From the NCBI GenBank assembly GCA_951406725.2, contig OX597816.1, positions 159,588,001-159,652,000 on the forward strand: a DNA stretch of 64,000 nucleotides, in the 5' to 3' direction. The position numbers were made by a program, and so were the translations under genes. This DNA is from Octopus vulgaris. Lineage: Eukaryota. Positions 55,330-64,000 of this stretch are shown in pieces. Numbering within the stretch: the stretch's first letter is position 1; every line of letters begins with the position of its first letter. The notes below the pieces were generated by a model, which ran no database searches, was not told the DNA's origin, and saw only the letters and a program-made list of their open reading frames with translations.

Positions 55330-55705
55330 TACAGCAACTTGTCAATCCTGTCGGTCTTTTGTCATCTCTTTCATGAGGCTTAGTATTTTAAACTCAGCCG
55401 TCTCTACCTCATTTGATGTCTTCTTGCCCCACCCTCTTCCTCAAGTTGCATCCACTTTAAATGACCAGCTCTTTATGCAGCTGTCCTCGTCCAAACACAT
55501 CACATGACCAAACTAGCAAATCTTTTCTTTTTGCACAGTACATCTGTTTCCTCTTATGACTAATTTTCTCTTAGTACCTAAGCACTTTGTTGAACATCCA
55601 CACTGACATTGTATATCCAACAGAGCATACTAACTTCATTTCTCTCTAGTTTTCACATACCCTCTGCATTCAGGACCCATATCTCACTACCATATAGCCT
55701 TCCTT
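55330..55705 (-). mobile_element. RTE LINE 3' remnant
   Basis: The minus strand reads *FGHVMCLDEDSCIK and EMTKDRQD*, resembling RTE WFGHV and DR..W motifs. Confidence 0.65.
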
Positions 55706-55792
55706 TCATATGCAGGTATTGTACAATCTACTTCTCATTTGAGTATTTGTGATATGTTGCAAAAGTGCACACTTTTTCTGATATGACATTAC

Positions 55793-56910
55793 ATGGTACC
55801 ACTTAAGCACTGGTGATGGTGCCATGTAAAAAGCACTGTTGATGGTGCCATGTGAAAAGCACTGGTGACGGTATCTTGTAAAAAGCACTGGTGATGGTAC
55901 CTTGTAAAAAGCACTGGTGATGGTACCTTGTAAAAAGCACTGGTGGTGGTACCATGTAAGTACCATGTAAAAAGCACTGGTGATGGTACCATGTAAAAAG
56001 CACTGGTGAAGGTACCATGTAAAAAGAACTGGTGATGGTACCATGTAAAAAGCACTGGTGATGGTACCACATAAAAAGCACCGGTGATGGTACCTTGTAA
56101 AAAGCACTGGTGATGGTACCTTGTAAAAAGCACTGGTGATGGTACCATGTAAAAAGCACTGGTGATGGTACCATGTAAAAAGCACTGGTGAAGGTACCAT
56201 GTAAAAAGAACTGGTGATGGTACCATGTAAAAAGCACTGGTGATGGTACCATGTAAAAGGCACTGGTGATGGTACCATGTAAAAGGCACTAGTGATGGTA
56301 CCATGTAAAAGGCACTGGTGATGGTACCATGTAAACGGCACTGGTGATGGTACCATGTAAAAGGCACTAGTGATGGTACCATGTAAAAGGCACTGGTGAT
56401 GGTACCATGTAAAAGGCACTGGTGATGGTACCATGTAAAAGGCATTGGTGATGGTACCATGTAAAAGGCACTGGTGATGGTACCATGTAAAAGGCATTGG
56501 TGATGGTACCATGTAAAAGGCACTGGTGATGGTACCATGTAAAATGCACTGGTGATGGTACCATGTAAAAGGCACTGGTGATGGTACCATGTAAAAGGCA
56601 CTGGTGATGGTACCATGTAAAAAGCACTGGTGATGGTACCATGTAAAAGGCACTGGTGATGGTACCATGTAAAAGGCACTAGTGATGGTACCATGCAAAA
56701 GGCACTGGTGATGGTACCATGTAAAAGGCACTAGTGATGGTACCATGCAAAAGGCACTGGTGATGGTACCATGTAAAAGGCACTGGTGATGGTACCATGT
56801 AAAAGGCATTGGTGATGGTACCATGTAAAAGGCATTGGTGATGGTGCCATGTAAAAGGCACTGGTGATGGTACCATGTAAAAAGCACTGGTGATGGTGCC
56901 ACATAAAAAG
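55793..56910 (+). repeat. 26-bp minisatellite, about 43 units, expanded inside a SINE C
   Basis: Unit CATGTAAAA(G/A)GCACTGGTGATGGTAC. It continues into the SINE C 3' end (56910-57040). Confidence 0.95.
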
Positions 56911-57368
56911 TACACTCTATAAAGTGGTGTTAGGATGGGAACCCAGCTATCGAAACCATGGATCCTGGTGTAGTATCCGGTCTTACCGGTTCCTTTCAAA
57001 CTGTCCAACCCATGCCAGGATGGAAAACAGACGATGATGATAACAAAACATATTGAGAGGTCAGTGTCCTACATCCTTGTTTGATCATTACATTTTCCTA
57101 CTTGGAGTTGGTTAAATGTATCCATTATTATTAGTATGGGTTAAGGATGATGGTTTAACAGACTCGTTAGAGGACTAAACAAAATGCCTTCTAGGTTTCT
57201 TGTTTTTGTTTTTTTTTTTGCAAATTTCTTTCAGCACCATCATCATCATCACTAGTTAACATCTATGTTCCATATTAGCATTGGTTTGGTGGTTCAACAA
57301 GAACTAGTGAGCCAGAAATTATGTGTTTGCATAATGAGCTTCTATATGTATGTGTGTGTGTGTCTGTG

Positions 57369-57586
57369 TACAAGGGGGAGCTGGAAAGACCCTGGCTTTC
57401 GGTAAAAAAGATACAGGAGGATCAGTTAATTATGATTTTATTCAACATATTCCCCTCTCAGTTTCATACACTTATTGCAGCAGTCCTTCAGTTTTTCTAA
57501 ACCCTGTGAAAGAACTTGGAAGATTGGGCCTCCAACCAGACCTTCGTCAATACTCTTAAAGCCAAGAACTTTCCGATCACCCCCTC

Positions 57587-57589
<3 letters not shown>
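57369..57589. mobile_element. Mariner-derived MITE
   Basis: Imperfect TIRs TACAAGGGGGAGCTGGAAAG..CTGGCTTT / AAAGCCAAGAACTTTCCGATCACCCCCTCGTG. Confidence 0.75.
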
Positions 57590-57644
<55 letters not shown>

Positions 57645-58174
57645 ATATTATGTATGTATGTGCATGTTTTTGTGTCTGTTTCCCCACCACTCGATAACTG
57701 GTGTTGATTTATTTTACAGCCTTGTGAGTTAGCAGTTTAAGGATAGAGACCAGTAGAATAAGCATCAGGGGTTTAATTAATCACTTGGTTAATCAATCAA
57801 TCAGTTGTGTTTGTCAAAGTCTTTTCATCCTTATTCACGACCTTTCCAATGACATGCCCTCTCTACTCCAAGTTAGCTTTGGGTCTCTCAGTCTTTTAAT
57901 TTTAGGTTCAGTATTTATGTAGTTCTGTAAGGCAGTGAGTTGGTGGAATTGTTAGCATGCCAGGCAATAATGCTTAGTGGCATTTCATTTGCCTTTACAT
58001 TCTGAGTTCAAATTCTGCCAAAGTTGACTTTGCTTTCCTCCTTTTGGGGTCGATAAATTATATACCGGTTGGTGGAGGCAAGTAGCTTAGTGGCTAGGGT
58101 TAAGGTATTCAGCTCATGATCATAAGGTTGTGAGCTGGGTCCCATTCCTAACACCACTTTACAGAGTGTACTGG

Positions 58175-59268
58175 GTGCTTTTTATGTGGCACCATCACCA
58201 GTGCTTTTTACATGGTACCATCACCAGTGCTTTTTACATGGTACCATCACCAGTGCCTTTTACATGGTACCATCACCAGTGCCTTTTACATGGTACCATC
58301 ACCAGTGCTTTTTACATGGTACCATCACCAGTGCCTTTTACATGGTACCATCACCAGTGCTTTTTACATGGTACCATCACCAGTACTTTTACATGGTACC
58401 ATCACCAGTGCCTTTTACATGGTACCATCACCAGTGCTTTTACATGGTACCATCACCAGTGCTTTTACATGGTACCATCACCAGTGCCTTTTACATGGTA
58501 CCATCACCAGTGCCTTTTACATGGTACCATCACCAGTGCCTTTTACATGGTACCATCACCAGTGCTTTTTACATGGTACCATCACCAGTGCCTTTTACAT
58601 GGTACCATCACCAGTGCTTTTTACATGGTACCATCACCAGTGCCTTTACATGGTACCATCACCAGTGCTTTTACAAGGTACCATCACCAGTGCCTTTTAC
58701 ATGGTACTATCACCAGTGCCTTTTACATGGTACCATCACCAGTGCCTTTTACATGGTACCATCACCAATGCCTTTTACATGGTACCATCACCAGTGCTTT
58801 TTACATGGTACCATCACCAGTACTTTTTACATGGTATCATCACCAGTGCTTTTTACATGGTACCATCACCAGTGCCTTTTACATGGTACCATCACCAGTG
58901 CTTTTTACATGGTACCATCACCAGTGCCTTTTACATGGTACCATCACCAGTGCCTTTTACATGGTACCATCACCAGTGCCTTTTACATGGTACCATCACC
59001 AGTGCCTTTTACATGGTACCATCGCCAGTGCTTTTTACATGGTACCATCACCAGTGCTTTTTACATGGTACCATCACCAGTGCCTTTTACATGGTACCAT
59101 CACCAGTGCTTTTTACAAGGTACCATCACCAGTGCCTTTTACAGGGTACTATCACCAGTGCCTTTTACATGGTACCATCACCAGTGCCTTTTACATGGTA
59201 CCATCACCAGTGCCTTTTACATGGTACCATCACCAGTGCTTTTTACATGGTACCATCACCAGTGCTTT
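58175..59268 (-). repeat. Same 26-bp minisatellite in inverted orientation, about 42 units
   Basis: Unit GTACCATCACCAGTGC(C/T)TTTTACATG is the reverse complement of the 55793-56910 unit. Confidence 0.95.
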
Positions 59269-60351
59269 CCCAGTGGTGCACTCTGTCTTTGAGCAAGACA
59301 CTTTATTTCCCATTGCTCAGTCAGCTCGGCTAGCAAAAATAATTAGTACCTGTATTTCAATGGGCCAGCCTTATCAAATTCTCTGTGATGCCAAACCACC
59401 CTGAGATCTACTTTAAAGGTATGTGTGTCTGTGGAGTACTCAGCCACTTGCTCGTTAATTTCATGAGCAGGCTGTTCCAGATCAACTGGAACACTCGTTA
59501 TCATAACTGACAGAGTGCCTGTTTACCAGTTCAGCACTGGGGTCGATGTAATTAACTTATGCCCTCCCCCAAAATTGCTGGCCTTGTGCCAAAATTTGAA
59601 ACCAATATTTATGTAATATTAATGTGAATAGGAATATATGTGAGAGGGGGAGGGAGAGAGAAAAAAGTGTGTGTATATACATGTGTGTGCATATGTGCAT
59701 TTGTGTGGGGCATCCATTCACATGTACCAGAACTCACACATACACACACACACACTTTCTCTCTCTTTTTCTCCTTCATATCCCCCTCTTGTGAACATTC
59801 CCTCTCACATCCATAAAGTTACATAAATGTTGAGCCTAAAGCTAAAGAGCCTGAAGCTGACCTGGAGGAAGGAGAGCATGTCAATGAAGAGGTCATGAAT
59901 GGCTACGAAAAGACTAACAAATCCAACTGATTAATTGACTTTTTAGTATTTAAGAACACAACAAGGGTTCCAATTGATCCAATCAACGGAACAGCCTGCT
60001 TGTGAAATTAACGTGCAAGTGGATGAGCACTCCACAGACACATGTACCTTTAACATAATTCTCGAGGAGTGTGACACAGAGGGTGACAAGGCTGGCCCTT
60101 TGAAAAACAGGTACAACAGAAACAGGAAGAAAGAGTAGGAGAAAGTTGTGATGAAAGAGTACAGCAGGGTTTGCCACCACCCCCTGCCGGAGCCATGTGG
60201 AGCTTTAAGTGTTTTTGCTCGATAAACAATCACAATGCTCGGTCTAGGAATCGAAACCACGATCCTATGACTGTGAGTTCACTGCCCTAACCACTGGGCC
60301 ATTGTACCTCCACATCAGATAACTAGAACATCATGGTTACACCAGTTCTTC

Positions 60352-60528
60352 AACACAGAATGTAAAAGGACAAAACTAGATGCAGTAAATCAATTTAATC
60401 TGTTGCTCTACCATCTCTGATGCTAAATCCAAAGGAGGACGTAGTCTTTAGATTTAGCGGCAGAGATGGTAGAGCAACAGATTAAATCGATTCAGTGTAT
60501 TTAGCTTTGTCCTTTTACATTCTGTGTT
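60352..60528. repeat. Inverted repeat with 83-bp arms and an 11-nt loop
   Basis: The arms differ at 9 of 83 positions and include a perfect 27-bp run ATTTAATCTGTTGCTCTACCATCTCTG. Confidence 0.9.
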
Positions 60529-62105
60529 CAGATTTCGTCAGGATTATTTCTTTTCATCGGTGCTCATATTTCTTGTTAATATTTAAATGACTGCATAATG
60601 AGCTAATCAAAGCTATGTATCTCTTTTGATTCTCAGATGAAGTCATTCAATTTTACTTTCACCTTTAGGAAAGGCATGCATATCACAACTTTCCACTACC
60701 ATCACAAGCACCCTTTTTCATATGGTTTTTGAACTTAATATTTGTTTAAAACACTTGTTTTCTTTGTTATACTACTATCAAAAGACTTTTGGCCCCGTTA
60801 CAAATGGAATCCCATTTTGAGAGTTTTGGTTTCTCCAGTTGAGTATAAATTAAATTTAGAATATCTAATGACATTGCATCTCGTTAACATAGTTCTTTGA
60901 AATTAGATTTCATCTGTTCTAAGCAATTTGGAAATCAATTTTTTTTCTTTGATAGAATTTTTTTCACTCAACTGGAGCAGAAAAATTTTCTCTTTATATT
61001 GTAACAGAGTCTGCATTATTTGCATGATTTTTGCCTGAACATTTTTTTTCTTTGTCTGTATGCATATGTTGTCATTTTGTTTTTCATAAATTTTTCCTTC
61101 GTTAGTCATTTATTTATTTTTGCATTCTAGGAATTCAGTTTATTGTATTTCATGTTACAATGAAAATATAAAAATGGCGAACATACTGTTGGTTATTTTC
61201 AAAGAGAGATCTAGGAAAAAGAAAGAAGAAACTTGGTTATTCTTCTTTCTGTAAATTTTTTTCCCCTTTAGTCAACCATACCTTATTCGTTCCATGCTGT
61301 AAATTTCTTACATATTTTTCTTTTCATAGTTTTGAAAAGTGTGAAAGAAAGGGAAACCTTATACTTGAAAGAATTAAGGTAGAAAAAAATGGTATTTTGT
61401 GCTGTATTACATTTACTAGCTTTAGGAACAAAGAAGGGGTACATATTTTATCATCTTCAATGAGCATTCTTGTAGAATGCATATAATTTGCAATGTGAAA
61501 TTTTCAATGGGATGAAAGGCAGTTGGTTAAAATATAATAAATTCTCTTATTAGTTTGTGTAGGTTAAAATTAGTCTTATAATGATTTCAAAGAGTTGTGG
61601 TGAGTTCAATAACTCATTGAGTCTGTATGATTTGTCCATGTATCTAATCTCAGTCAGTTTGGCAAAGCATTTCCTTCTCTAAACTAAACAGTATTAAATT
61701 TCATTTCTCTTTTACTTGTTTTAGTTATTGGATACAGCCATGCTGGAGCACCACCTTATAGCATTTTAATTTATCATATTTTTTTAAAGTTGGGTGTTTT
61801 TTTTTATTGGTCTCTGTTGAACTTCTAAGTTATGGAACATGAACACACAACACTGTTTTTTTAAAGACAGACATTGTGACAGATACACATACAGTTTGGG
61901 GCTGTAGTAGGAGACACTTGCCCAAAGTGCTACACAGTGAGACTGAACTCAAGACCACCTGGTTGGGAAGCAAGCTTCTTAACCACACTGCCTGCAATTC
62001 ACCATGCAGGAAGCATGGAAGTTATATATATATATATATATTGATAGAAATGGTAAGACAACAAAAGAATGAAAGAGACCTCGATATTTTGTAAATAGTG
62101 GAATT

Positions 62106-62344
62106 TATCTGTAAATGTAATATGTGACAGTTATTCGGTAGCCATGATAAAACTCTGAGTTTTGGATGTTGGGGTGGGAATCCATGCCACCATCTCTTCA
62201 GTTATCTGGCCATTGGAAAAAATAGCATTTTTTCTGATGGCTGGATAACTGAAGAGGTGGCAGTGTGGATATCCACCCCGACATGCAAAACTTGGAGTTT
62301 TATCATGGTTACCGAATAATTATCACATATTACATTTACAGATA
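62106..62344. repeat. Palindrome with ~118-bp arms and a 3-nt loop, probably inverted Penelope-like terminal repeats
   Basis: TATCTGTAAATGTAATATGTG...GAAAAAAT-AGC-ATTTTTTC...CACATATTACATTTACAGATA. Each arm carries a decayed CTGAAGA..AAAC motif, and (TA)n lies on both sides. Confidence 0.85.
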
Positions 62345-63035
62345 TATATAAATGTTTATATATATATATATATATACACACATACACGTGTGTATGTAGT
62401 TCCCTTGTCTTGATATTGTGTGATGGTTGTAAATAAGCATTACCATCATACAAGTAATGTTGGTTAATTCCAGTCTTCTATGAAAAAAAACATGTCTGGC
62501 CTCAGGAAAATATTATTTTACTTTGAAACAAGTGAGGGTTGGCATCAGGATGGGTATCCAATCATAGAAAATATCCTACAACAAATTCGGTCAGACCAAT
62601 GCAAGCATGGAAAATGGACATTAAATGAGGATGATTAAATATTAGGTTGATTTTAACCATCCACACTTCCAAAAATTTTTTGTCTTGATTTAGAAATGAT
62701 TATAATTGAAGATTTCCTTCTCTGTAATTTTAGAGTAAAACATATTTTTTTCATATGATATTGAAATATCCGTTGTATGTCTTCAGCCTCCAAATTTAGA
62801 ACACTTGTGCATTTTATTGGAAGAAGTTTCATATTTTTACAAATTTTTGTTATATTTCCCTCTTTTTTTTTTATTTCGCATTTCTTCAATTTTTTTTTTT
62901 ATCATTACCAGAAATCCATGTGGAATGGATACTTTTCTAGAAACTTGATTAGGCTTTCTAGAGAAGGAATACTTATTTTGTACATCTGTTTACTGTCAAG
63001 TATCTGATAACTTGAGTATTTAATATCTTATCATG

Positions 63036-63073
<38 letters not shown>

Positions 63074-63195
63074 CGTGTGTGTGTGTATTTATGCATATTT
63101 GTGTGTGTATGTATTTATATGTATGTGCATATGTATATAACATATATAGCTATATATATTATATATTATGTATATCTGTGTTTGTGTGTGTATGT

Positions 63196-63240
<45 letters not shown>

Positions 63241-63619
63241 TATACATGTATGTGTGTGTATTTCTATGTAATTTCCATGTGTGTGTGTTCAGTTTCATAC
63301 AATCATCAGAGGTATTATGCAAAACAAAACATAAAATAAACTGAATATATAATTGAAAAAAACATATATATATATATATATATAATTTGAAGTATACTAC
63401 AGGCTGGTGTGGGTGGCCTGAGAAATGATAAATATTTTAGACAGTAGAAAAGAAAAGTGAATATGAGATAATGGTAACATATACCATATTTACCCATGTA
63501 GAAATCCTTCTCAAATAGAAAGTGGTATTCTTATTTTTTGTCTCTAAAAATCACTAGTTTAGGTAAACTGTTTTTAATAGCAGAACTCAAAATAGATAAA
63601 GCTGTAGATATTTCTTTCT

Positions 63620-64000
63620 TCTATAGGCTGAAGGCCTGAAATTATAGAGGAGGGGGGCCTAATTGATCACATCCCCCCCTCTTCCCAATACTCAACTGGG
63701 GGTGTTGATGTAATCAACTTATATTGTTGACCATGAAGGATGAAAGGCAAAGTCAATTTTGGTGGAATTTGAACTCAGAATGTAAAGCTGGAAGAAATGC
63801 TGCTAAGCATTTTGCTCAATGTGCTAATGTGTCTTATTTCTTTACTGTCCACAAGGGGCTACACACAGAGGGGACAGACAAACAGATTAGGTTGATTATA
63901 TCGACCCCAGTGCATAACTGGTACTTATTTAATTGACCCCAAAAGGATGAAAGGCAAAGTCGACCTTGGTTAAATTTGAACTCAGAACGTAGCGACAGAC
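63620..64000 (-). mobile_element. Two SINE B copies, the second running off the window
   Basis: GGATGAAAGGCAAAGTC..AATTTGAACTCAGAA occurs twice. Confidence 0.85.

Noticed and set aside
55793-59268. CRISPR-like appearance of short palindromic repeats
   Set aside because: The units are head-to-tail with no unique spacers, there are no cas genes, and the context is eukaryotic.
55706-59404. ORFs of 300-424 aa repeating MVPSPVPFTWYHHQCLLHGTITSAFY
   Set aside because: The 26-bp unit lacks stops on one strand, so all three frames give the same 26-aa period. Units with 1-bp deletions are tolerated and the array derives from a SINE, so there is no evidence of coding.
60903-62889. Lys/Ile-rich short minus-strand ORFs
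   Set aside because: This composition is expected from T-rich DNA, and no motif was recognised.
63290-63312. Minus-strand CTGATGA..GAAAC motif
   Set aside because: The 6-nt spacer cannot form stem II and there is no properly placed cleavage triplet.

Overview
This is AT-rich animal genomic DNA. The tRNA-derived SINE families and dense microsatellites point to an octopus, which is an inference from recognising the repeats. I see no intact protein-coding gene. The long ORFs in the track are artefacts of microsatellites or of a 26-bp minisatellite. The window is mostly nested SINEs, decayed LINEs (CR1, RTE, an R4/NeSL-type fragment, Penelope-like), a Gypsy 5' remnant, mariner and hAT remnants, and many MITEs. 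Five things stand out: (1) a frameshifted KY/hillarin-like (transglutaminase-like) gene fragment inserted inside a SINE; (2) two ~1.1-kb arrays of the same 26-bp unit in inverted orientation; (3) several minimal hammerhead-ribozyme motifs, one nearly intact at 47105-47146 and one in the tail of a tRNA-headed SINE-like element; (4) a U2 snRNA 5' fragment with a compensatory base-pair change inside a CpG-retaining, promoter-like zone; (5) repeated cases of locally templated inverted or direct duplications. All calls were made by eye and boundaries are approximate unless a TSD or TIR is quoted.
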